Positions 23,201 to 35,200 of a stretch of DNA of 64,000 bases are shown here, piece after piece. This DNA is from Callorhinchus milii (lineage: Eukaryota), in the NCBI RefSeq assembly GCF_018977255.1, contig NW_024704743.1, forward strand, positions 35,900,001 to 35,964,000, read 5' to 3'. Positions within the stretch are counted from its first letter, which is position 1; every line of letters starts with the position of its first letter. The notes beneath the pieces were generated by a model. It saw only the letters and a list, made by a program, of their open reading frames with translations, ran no database searches and was not told the origin of the DNA. Made by a program: the position numbers and the translations under genes.

Positions 23201-26200
23201 TCACCTCCTCCACCTACCCGAACCTCCCCCTAAAACTTTCCGAACCAGTATGCAATCTAGGCGTCAGTTCGACCCCCAATTATCCTTCCTCCACAACATC
23301 CGGTCCCTCACCAGCACTGCTTTCTTCCACCTCCGACGCATCGCCCGTCTCCGACAGTACCTCTCCCAAAAGCCGCAGAAACCCTGGTCCATGCCTTTGT
23401 CACCTCTCGGCTGGACTATTCAAACACCCTCCTCACCAGCCTCCGCTCCACTACCATCCATAAAATCCAGATTGTTCAAAGCTCTGCCGCCCGCATTCTC
23501 ACCCGCACCAAACTCTGCTCCCTAATTACCCCAGTCCTTGCCAGACTGCACTGACTGCCTGTCCCAGAGAGGATGATTTCAAGATCCTCAGCTTGTCTTC
23601 AAATCCCTCCACTCCTCTGCACCCCCTACCTCTCTGACCTCCTCTCTCCTCAAAACAGTGCCTGCTGCCTGTGCTCCACCGGGTCTGGCCTCCTCCTTGT
23701 CCCCCGAGTCCTCCGCTCCACCCTCAGCGGCTGTGCCTTTAGCCACTATGCCCCGAGACTCTGGAACTCCCTTCCTCACTCCCTTCGCCTCGCCCCCTCG
23801 CTTCCTATTTTCAGGTCTCGGCTAAAGACCTTTCTCTTCGACCGTGCCTTTGGTCACCTTCCTCCCCATCCCCCTGGCTCGGCCCCGGGATCCATTATTG
23901 TGAAGCGCTCTGAGACACCGTCCGGCATGGAGAGCGCTATATAAATCCAAGTTGTTGTTGTTGGACGAGCAGGAGGGCTGAAGGAGAAAGAACCACACAG
24001 ACTCTTGAGTTAAAACTCAGAGACCAGCACGCAGGCAGTCTGTCCTACTGATCACGCTGATCACTGGGTGACTCGGGAGAGCAGGAGCAGAGAGGCTGAG
24101 AACGTCTGTCAAGACGATTTCTCAACTGACCAGAGAAGGGCATCCCTCACATTCCAAGAGGGGTAGCTGAGTGAGCCAAGTATCTTAGGGAGAGAGAGCA
24201 ATCCTGCCTACAAGAGCTGGGGACCTACCGAAGCGGCTGCTAGTTACCGGTAGAATAGTGATACGCACCCTCACGGGTCCATACCTTCCTTCTTGTACCC
24301 ACTGTGTTAATCTTATATGATTTTATTATTAGTATCATTTTCTTAGATAGTATTCGCGATCAGGATACTATGATTTTTTCATAAATTAGTGTTGTGAGCC
24401 AGTCGGGGTAATCATGATTATGATAATCGTCTGTGAACATGTTTGTTAATCATATTGACTCTTAAGTGCGATCCTGTTTTAATCAGGTGTTGGTGAACCT
24501 GGAGTTCCTAACTATATAACCTTTAACCTAACATTGTACTGATCAATATATTTTCAAGTATATTCGAAAACTTAAACTCTGTTAAACATCCATTGGTCTC
24601 CGAGTCTTGAGTGTATCGATTCTAAGCAGCCCTGCGAAAGTTAACATTCTCCAAAGGCCACTGCCTCTCTCCACCTTCTTTGTATTTCCATGTCTATTAT
24701 TCTGAGGGGTTTCTAGTTGATGAGCCTCTCTTGTCTAAATGGTTCCCTGTTTGTGTAAGCTACACACAGGATTTATTGCGGTGAAGTTTGGGGAAATAGC
24801 TGCACCCTGCTGGGTTGAATTTTTTTTGAGTAAAAACATGTATTTTGGCCTTGTTGTTTTCCCCCAAAAAGGAATATGAATCAAACGAGCCACAGTGTGT
24901 GCCGTTGAGATCTCTGCTTGTGGTTATTTTAGTTTTTGATGGTGTCTCTGGTGTGATTTTCAGAGCCAGCCGTGGCCTCCAGCGATGCCACTAACCTGGA
25001 GTGCAGTATTCGCCGGGAAGGAGCGAGCTACAGGATAAATGGTACCAAGTGGTGGAGCAGTGGTGAGTAAAGCTGGGATATCGCTCTTTGTGTTGGATGT
25101 CACTGTGATTCTTAGCTGGTTGGGTTCATAGTCCACTTGCTACATGTTCATCCATGTTGTATAGATGTTCATCCATCTATGCTATATCCAAATTGGCTGT
25201 TATGTTTGCCTAAAAATGTGCAGTCCCTATATCCATGACAACAATTATCTGTGAAGCTCTTTGGTATGTTTCAATATTATAGGCATTATATCATAGTAAT
25301 ATTATTATAGTGTATCATATGCACCGACTGTTTAATTTTTTAGTTCTGTTCAAATGGGTGGGTTTCGTGTGCAGCCATTTGACTTACCACCCCCCGCCCC
25401 CCCCATAAAAACAACCAACAACTGTGATCTGATGTATTTGGACGATCTGCAGTTTATAATTGTCTGACAAAGTGATAGCAAGTTGTTGTTCAATCTTTCC
25501 TGAAACAACTTTGCAGCGGAAACCTGCCTTAGTTACTTATATACAGTGCCGCTGGGAACCGAGCTTCCCACCCATTAGTTGTGCTTTGAGATGCAGAAAA
25601 TAGCCATAGTTTTAGTCCAATCCCAATGACATATAGAGGGGGGAAATACCACCTGGATCTACATTTACTGTTTTCTTATACTTTCGGAGCATCCAGAATT
25701 TGGGAATTTGAGTTCTTAAATTCAATTTTAATTTTGAAGCTGGTTTTCTGTAAGTTTCATTTAAGATCTATAGAAAACTGACTTTAGAGTTAGGACTGAA
25801 TTCTGGACACTCTGAAATGTTACATAAATAGAGTAAATCTAGACACAAGCTGATTTATTCCTGCTCCTTATTGTGAAGGAATGCAATGACAGTATAAAGT
25901 AGGTATGTCTGATTTTAGGGTACAAAATACCATGAGGTACAGTGATACTATGTGTTGTCAAGGGCAAGAGCGAGAGGAGAAGTAGGGGGCCAGATGAACC
26001 CAGGCTGCTCTCATAACTGAAGTCATTAGAAGTGAAGTCATTAGAAGTGTCATATGACAGCTCGTCCATCAAATGCAGTGAAATTGAAAACATAAAGGTT
26101 CTTGCTGAAGCTGTATTTTTGAATATTGTAATAGCTGAATTGATCTGGATTTGTGGGTTGAAACGTGGTAGAGATCAGCCTCTGAAATCACAGAGACGGA

Positions 26201-29200
26201 AAGATTTTGTTAGTGACCTCCTGCTACATTGCCAGAATTGTCCCTCCTATAGCTTTGAATTTCTCAAGTAGCATGAGTATAGCACACACAGCATGGACAC
26301 TCCCTATTCTGTTTAAAAGAAAGCAAAACTGTCTGGTTTCTGAGAAACAGATTTTGTAGTTGTTTTAATTAAAGCATTTTTTTAAAAAAAGCTAACTGCC
26401 TGAGACGTATGGATATCCACCACCATGCTTAATATTATCCAAACCAGACTGAGTGTTCCCCATGTGTGGAATTTCCCTGTATCTGGAATGGAAAGTGCTC
26501 TCTCTTCCCAGAGGGATGCATCCTGCTTGACTAATTCTGGGGGATATGAGTTGCAAGTCGGTAAAATGCAAGGCTTGGAGACCCCAGAGTGTGTGTTGGG
26601 ATACTGCTGGAGTTTAACCAGCTAAAACTGCATAGCTTGCCAGGTTAAACCCCAGCAAGACTCAATTTCACTGGGGGAGAGAATAAAACATTTCAAAAGT
26701 ATAAAGTATTCATGAACAAATTGACTTTCATACTTTAGAAAATTACAGTTTTTTTTTGTACAACGATATCCTTGAACATCACAATTTGTAATATTCTGTC
26801 TTTGATGTCTACCTGAATAAAGTGACTCCAAGTGTTTATCTGGTAAATAAAACTGACCTTTACAAAACAAAATATGTTATAGTGTATATTGCTGTAAATT
26901 GCATTGGAATGTTGTGATATAAATCACAGGCTAATGTTTATGAAGTTGTGGACAGTAATGGTTTACATTTTGGAATTTTGTATCCTGAGACATGTTTTCA
27001 CTTGTCAGACAGTGGAGCTGTGCACTGCAGTGATTCTGGATAGATAACTCAGTGTGTAGGGGTTTTAATAAATGTGTGACCCTGTGGTGAAGTATGAACT
27101 GACACAAATTTCCTTTTAAGTTGTAGAATTTAATAAAAGATTAGGAAGGTTATACATATCAAAGTTATATGTTTCATCAAATCAAATTAACGCTCACAAC
27201 GGGTCAGTTGGATCTGATCCACAACGGATCAGATTCTTGCTTACGACGGGTTAGTAAAGTGGAGGAATTGACTTGTTAACGTGTCGATCCATGTTGATTG
27301 TAATATATCGAGATTGCAATTTCTTGAGATTGGTTGCGGTTAGCTCCCTTGTTTCCAAAACTTAGCTCTCCTCCTTTTGTTGAGAATTATCCTTGTAAAG
27401 ACATATACATTGACCTTGAAAAGACATCTGGAATTTAGCTCCACTAAAAAACCTGGCTCTCCCCCAATGACCCCGTCCCCCTAGTGGAAGCCTCTCTTCC
27501 AGGCTACACCTTCCACTACATCCCCCGTCCAAACCAACGTGGTGGTGGGGTAGCCCTCATCTCCAAAGCCTCCCTTGGCCTCACCCCCTAATCCTCTGGC
27601 TGCTTCCCCTCTTTCAAGCACCTCACCCTTTTCCACCCCTCTCTCCCTTTGAAAATCCTCCTTGTTTACCGTCCCCCTAAGCCCCCCGGCTCCTTCCACA
27701 CAGACATCTCTACTCTCCTCTCTTCCCTGTCCCTCTGCTTCAAGAGCCTACTCATAATGGGCGATTTCAACCTCCACCTAAACTCCCCCTGCACTACTTC
27801 TGCTGATTTCACTGCCCTCCTCTCCTCCCTTAACCTCACCCTACATCTAAACTCACCCACCCACAACCGTGGTCATGCACTTGACCTCATCATCACCCAT
27901 GGCCTTGACATTTCCGACCTCAGCATAGTGGACAAGGCCATTTAGGACCACCTTTTCATCTCCTTCTCCTCTCACATCCCTCTCCTCCACAAAGCCCTCA
28001 ACCATCCTCTACCACTCTTGGAAAAGGCTACCCCCTGAGACCCTCACACAGCCCTCTCATCATCAGACATCCTATCCCTCTGGCCTTCCACCCACGGAGA
28101 TCCTGAAGCAGCCGTCCAGCTGCTCCATGATCACCTCTCCTCCACTTTCAACTCCCTTGTCCCCCTAAAATCCAGGACCATCTCCAAACCCACCCGATCC
28201 CCCTGGTACAACAACCATCTCTGCCGCCAAAACACCCAAACCCGTCTGCTCGAGCGCAGAAGGCGGAAAACTGGCCTGACAGTTCACTGCCAACTGTGGT
28301 TCGAGCATCGCCACAGGTACCGCCGTTCTTTGACAGGCGCAAAAACGGCTTCTACTCCAACATCATCCTGGAGGCCAAAAACAATCCCCAAATCCTTTTT
28401 TACACCACCCACTACCTCCTCCGTGCCCCCTCCGCTCAGGCCTCCTCAATCTTCACATCAAGTGCCAGGAGGTCATGGACTTCTTTTTTCCTAAAATACT
28501 CAACATCCACCGGGCAGCTTCATCCACCTGCCCCTTGTCACCCACCACCAACTTTCCTCATCATCTGCTCCTACCACCATCCCCTTTCTACACTCTTTCC
28601 TCCTCATCTCTCCCTCCTCCCTCTCACCCACCATCACCTCCATGAAACCCACCACCTGCTGCCTCGATCACCTCCGCACCAACTTACTGGTCACACAACT
28701 CCCTCTCCTATGCCTCTCCTCCAGATCAGTTCCTGCCTCCCTCAAAACTGCTGTCATCACCCCCTTCCTCAAAAAACCCTCCCTAAATCCCTCAAGCCCC
28801 AGGCACTACTGCCCTATTTCTAACCTGTCTTTCCTCTCAAAAACTCTAGGACGGGTTGTGGCCAACCAACTCCGTGCACACCTCTCCTCCCACTCCCTCT
28901 TCGAACCCAACTCTTCGAATCCAACTCATTCAGATCTCTGCCGCCCGCATTCTCACCCGCACAAAACTCCGCTCCCCGATCACCCCAGTCCTTGTCAGAC
29001 TGCACTGGCTCCCTATTCCAGAGAGGATCGACTTCAAGATCCTCACCCTTGTATTCAAGTTCCTGCACTCCTCTGCACCCCCCTACCTCTCTGACCTCAT
29101 CTTTCCTCAAAACAGTACCCATTGCCTTCGTTCCTCCGGGTCTGGCCTCCTCCTTGTCCCCCAAGTCCTCCGCTCCACCCTCGACGGCTGTGCCTTCAGC

Positions 29201-32200
29201 CACTATGCCACGAGGCTCTGGAACTTCCTTCCTCACTCCCTTCGTCTCGCTCCCTCCCTTCCCATTTTCAGGTCTCTGCTGAAGACTTTTCTTTTTGACC
29301 GCGCCTTTGGTCACCTTCCCCCCCTCCCCCTGGCTCAGCCCCGGGATCCAAAACTGTAAAGCGCTCTGAGACTCCGTCCGGCGTGGAGGGCGCTATATAA
29401 TTCCAAGTTGTTGTTGCTATGGTGAGTATGAGCGAGATGCCAAACAATCAGCACCTCTGAACTGAATCCAATTCAACGCAGGCTTTGTTCACGATGCACA
29501 ACACAAAACTATTTCAACCACCTTGCCTCCTTCAGGGCCTATCCCCACAGCATCTTCTTTCCTCCATACCACTTACTCTCCATCCCTCTCTGATCCCAAC
29601 CTACAGCTCGGGGTGCAAATCCCTCACTGTCCAGCTGATGTGAAAGGCACAATGAATGCAATTTGTTGTTGTTATTGTGGCCCGCAGAGCACTAGATTAC
29701 ACTGGTGCAGTGTACAACAACAACAACTTGCATTTATATAATGCATTTGGTTGCCACCAAAATGGTTGGCCACCACTGCTATAGAGAAAAGACACTCAGG
29801 ATTGTGATGTCTTCTGTGCCAGTGACTTCAAGCATACGATCCTCTGTGAAATGCAGTTGGTTAGAGTTGGGCAGTGCAGGTGAGTTTATTATACTGGAGA
29901 TTTGGTCAACTTTTTTTGAGTATCTGGGACAGATTTAAATTTATCCTCTTGGAGGTTTTCCTTCAGTTGTGTGTGTGGGAAGCGTAGAGTCAAGGATGGG
30001 TCAAGTTTTGAGCTTGAGGGGAATATTTACCTTTTCTGGTTCCACACTCACACTCAAGGGTACTCTCAATTATCAGAACACTTAATCCCTTTTGGTGTAA
30101 ATGATCAAAATGTAGCATAGTGCATTTATATGTTGTTTTTCCATAGAGAAGTGTCATCGCACCTTTTGCCTAATGTGATCTGAGCATTGCAGTACAGTAA
30201 ACCTCACATAAGTCATATCAGTTGGGACAATACATTTAATATGACTTTTGCAAAGTACGAGTTTTGTCAAACTTGCATATGTAAAGTTAGGTATAAGTCA
30301 GATTTTAAATGACTAACACATAATAAATACAGCACACAAGTACTGTATTGGCTGGTGACACTAAGGCAAGATTTCTGTGCCATGCTTAACGCATGCATAT
30401 TAAAGTTATGGTAGCCCATTCTGTCCCTATACAGTACTGTACCTCAGTGCAGAAAACATATACTGTACAATGAATGGCACAACAAAACAGGTTTCAAAGA
30501 AGAACTGTTTTATTAGAATATAAACTCTTCCAAAAGTTCGCCCACAAAATATACAGTCAATTCACTTTACAGTATATTCTGTGAAGCGCTTTGAGACGAC
30601 TCAAAGACATGCTAAGGCGCTATATCAAATGCAAGGATTATTATTATTACATACGTTTCACATGGCGCAGGGTTGTCCAACCTTTTTGGCTGCTGAAGAC
30701 CGGATGCCCTGTTTGAGAATCGCGAAACCCTGCCCTCACTTCCTCTCTCACTCACTTGCTGTTTTTCCCTCTCTCCCCCTCTACCTCATGCTCTCTCTTA
30801 ATCACTCTTCCCTCTCTCTCAATGCCCCCCTCTCCCTCTCTTGGTTTCTGTCTCTGGCCCCTTTCCCTCAATGATTTTTTCTACCCCCTCTCCCTTCTCT
30901 CTCTTCGCTCCATCTCTTTCCGCCCCCCCCCCCCCCCCATAGCTGATTATTATTGGTTAGGCTGGTGTTTCGACATGTTGATGGGTTTTTCCATGTGTCT
31001 GCAAAGAATCAGGCAACCCAAGAGAGAGAGAGAGGGTCCACCCAACCTCCTGCTGCTGCCCTGAGAAGACAGTTCACCAGGGAGAGAAGGAACGGGCAGC
31101 CCGAAGTTCTTTCCTCTCTCTTTTCTCTCTCAGCCCCCTCTGCCTCCCCCACCACCGTTCAACGATAATGTTAATGTTACGCCACCGGGAGGGAGATAGT
31201 TGGGGTTTCCACGTGCATTGTTCTGTTTGAGGTCAGCATGGAAAACAAAGATTTGACCCATCAGTCGGTAAATTCGGAATTGGTAAGCCAGAAATGCCGT
31301 TATGAGTTGCACGATTGTTAATATGACTAGTGCAGATAAATTTAAGTGGATTTAATAGGAAATTAATAGGTGGACAGATGTATGACTTAGGTGATTATAT
31401 GACTTAGACAGATCAGACTTATGTGAGTTTTACTGTATTCACCACTAGTAAACACTTAAAAAGAACAGTGGAAATTTCTCCCATTGTCCTGGATTATATT
31501 CCCTCCTCATCCAATCTCATCCTCAAAATTCAACTAATCACCTGCTCATTTTGCTGTTTCAGGAAGGATGTCCCAGCGGCTTGGGACTTCTTTCCGACAT
31601 GAAAGGTACTATATAACAATGTAATTTTATTGTTGTTGTTGCTTGGTAAAACTTTGCTGGTTGCAAATTACCATTTGCTCCGTTTAAAAAAAACATTCGC
31701 TTCAAATTTATCTCATCATGTGAGGCAGTTTGAAGCTTTTCTTTTACGTGGATGCTATAGAAATGCAAATTTCCATTCTCTTGCTGCCAGTTCTGTTGCT
31801 ACATTGTGAAGCTCGTGGTTTGCTCGGATTGGGACAAAGAGTTGAAGGAGTACTGGATGGTGTCCGGCCTGTTCCGCTGTCTGCGGAGGTAGCTGTACTC
31901 TTTGACTGCTTTCACAATGTAACTCTTGAATGTTGCTCCCATAAAGACGTAAAGGATGGGGTTGAGGCAGCTGTGGAACAGGGCGATGCTCACTGTGACC
32001 TGGATGGCAACGTCGAACCTTTTGCTGCTCTGGCAATCCGTGATGACCAGATAAATGTTGTCAATTAGGCGGCAGAACTTGACGATGTTGTACGGTACCT
32101 GGGTCAGGAAGAAGAGCCCGACTACTGCCAGGAGCACCTTGAACGTCTTACGCTTCTTCACATTGGTGACTCTGGACAGTGCTCTGGCCACTTTGGAGTA

Positions 32201-35200
32201 ACAGTACACCATGACCAGTAATGGGATTACAAAAGTCAGGAGGATTTCTAGGACCTGGACCATGGCCTTGGCCGATGTCTCTGTGTGTGAACGGAAGATG
32301 ATCATGCAGCGATCCATGTCTTCTCTGTTAGCCACCGTGGTAAATATCAAATCGGGGATGCTGAGTAGAAAGGCCAACAGCCAGACACACAAGCAAGTGA
32401 TCCTCCCTTTGATCCCTATGGTGGGCCGGCTTGTCACCCTGGAGATGGCAACATATCGGTCCACGCTGATGCAGGCCAAGAAGAACATGCCAGCGTTAAA
32501 ATTCATCACAAACAAAACGGAGCAGATTTTGCACAGGGCGATCCCCACTACCCAGCCGTGAACGGCTTGTAACGCCCAGAAGGGCAGAGTGAAAAGAAGC
32601 AGCAGGTCAGCAATGGCCACATTCATAATATACAAGTCTGTCTTTGTCTTAATCCGCTTGTAATAAGCATAGATGGCTATGACCAGGGAGTTTCCAGCAA
32701 GCCCGAGGATGAGCGTGATGGTGTAGAATGCCGGCAAGAAGGATTGAGCAAACTTTCTGACATCGTCTTTCTCGCATAGGAAAATATAATCCTCATAGTT
32801 AATGCTGGAGTTGTCGTCAAAGTAGGACTCATTGTAGTCCCCGTAGTAAATGGCATCTGCCTCCTCCATGAGTACCTAAAGAAAGAAAGAGTGCAAAATA
32901 TTATCACATATTTCTTCTCCTCATCTTCTGAAAGTCCTATAACCTTCACTGGGTTGGAGGCCCGACACTGCCTGCCTGACATTAGAGGTTAGCGAGTCTA
33001 AGCCTCTCTTACTCTGTTTCTGGTTGGCCATTGCAACAAAATCCTAACCTCCTTTGGCATGATCGGTAGCCAGTATAATTGTGCATTTGTGTGAAGTTAC
33101 TAGGTTACGAGGGATGCAATTTAGTCGCACACGCTCAGCTGCTTTGTGTGCACAACTGGATTTTCTTTTGCCACAAGTGTGAGCGTGACAGTGGATGTCA
33201 GCAAGTTATTCCAACTTGGTGGATGAAATGACATCGGGAGAAAGTCCCTACTCTTTCTGGGATCAATAGAACTTTAATGCCCGCCTGAACAGGCAAACGG
33301 GAACTGGTTTAATGTTTATCTGAAGGTGTAAGGCTTCTGTCCCCTGTTTTCAGTGCATAAGTGAGGAGCTGTTTCATGCTGCTTGTGATCCTGATCTGCC
33401 TGATCCATTGTGGCTTTGGCTTGCAGGGTTAGCGGGAGGTGAGTGGTAAGAATCCCAGTGACAGGTCTGACCCTCCAAGTTCATCTAACAACTTGTAAAT
33501 TTAGGAAACCTCATAAATTCTGCTTTGATTTAGATGGTGGTTTCTGATGTTTTTTTAAGAACAGAAGGATAACATTCTGATCATTGTTCTGTGTGGAGAC
33601 ATTGACAAAGTTGGCCTCTTATGAGATTTCCCCATTTCGGTTGCACGTCTACAGGAAATGCTAAACGGCTTCCAAATTATGACTTTTAGACCATGCCAGA
33701 GAGCATGTTGATTATGGACCTCAGATCTTCGACAATTTCTGGCATTGTAGTCACTTCTGTGTTTAGTTTTGAGGGGATGGGAGGCTCTCTTTGCACCATG
33801 TGTATGGCTGCACATTTTCAACAAGTTTCTCTGTCCTACTTTATATATTGCGCTCAGACTTAGTGAGTAAAGCCTCCAACATTACCCCAGCCTCATCCTT
33901 CATCTCACCCACTGGGCCTCTGTGTAATGAGTGAGAAGGACTCACCTCTGTGTGTCAGTATTAGACTCACCTCTGTGTGATCATTGTGCTGACCTATGTA
34001 TCAGTGTAATATCCAGCTTATTTTTCATCACATTTTTGTGTTTGTGGAAATGATTATCTCAGTAGAAATCTGGTTCTAATAACTACTCCGCACGAGCCAG
34101 GACATATAAACAGTGTCTCGTAATAAATTATGACTTTGGAAAGCCAAAGTTTAGTTTTTTCGATGTGCGTTTTTGCGGTTTGAATGAATTTGGTGGTGGT
34201 GGGGGTTGGGGGGGGTATTGATTAAACCTAAGCATAAGATTTTCATGAAATGTTTTAGGAATTTGTTTCCATTCTTCCAAGTTCAGATCGAGAACTTTAA
34301 TGGGAAGCACCACTGAAGAGACCGTGATTAAACCCACACACCCAATGTCAGTAAATTTGCTGCCAAGTGGGATTGGCTCCAGTGGTGTTAAGAGTTAAGT
34401 CCCTGAGTTTATGAAAAAGACATAACAGTGATCCTGATGGAAAGATATGGCAAAGACCATTGATGGGATCACTGGGAGACTTAAAATCCCCCAATAAAGT
34501 AACAGTACAGTTTAGTTTTACATTTATAATGTAATTGTGTTAATATTAATATTGCATTAATTATTGAGAAGCATGCAGGCAATCATCAAATGGAACAGAA
34601 TAGCCCACATTTAATGACTAAATTTATTAACCTGAGCAAATGGAGCAAAATTGTACCATTGTGTTTTAGTGCATTAAAATGCAACTGCTGCTTACTAAAG
34701 AATGTATTCCATAATGAAGATTGTAAAAAGCTTTTTTTAAATAAATGTTTAAATATAAATGTAAATTGTTATTGCTTGAATGAATTAGTGATTATCCCCC
34801 CTTGACTGGATAATATTAAAATTGAATTTCTGAAGGATATTGATATAATATGTGTCAACCTGGCTCAGTCGGTAGTATTCTCGCCTTGGGAGTCAGAATG
34901 TTGCCGGTTCAAGCTCCACATCAGGATATTGAGCTCATGGTTTAGGCTGACACTTCAGTGCAGTGCTGGGGGAGAATTGCATGGTTGAAGGTGCATTGTT
35001 GGATGAGATGTTAAATCAAAGTCCTGCCTTCCTGTTTAGGTGGACGTTAAAGATCCCATTGAACTGATCAAAAAGAAAAGGGTTTTGCCTGGTGTCCTGA
35101 TCAACAATTCCCAGATTTAAATAAAATGGTCACTCGCTTCATGGCTGTTTGTTGGACGTTAGTTCTGTGCAAATAGGCTCCTGCGTTCGATTACAAAACA

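Noticed and set aside
27212..27234. Perfect 9-bp hairpin ATCTGATCC-ACAAC-GGATCAGAT
   Set aside because: Isolated, with no Helitron CTRR end or other context; plausible by chance in 64 kb.
31730..32561. Plus-strand ORFs overlapping ACKR4
   Set aside because: Antisense shadows of the ACKR4 coding sequence.
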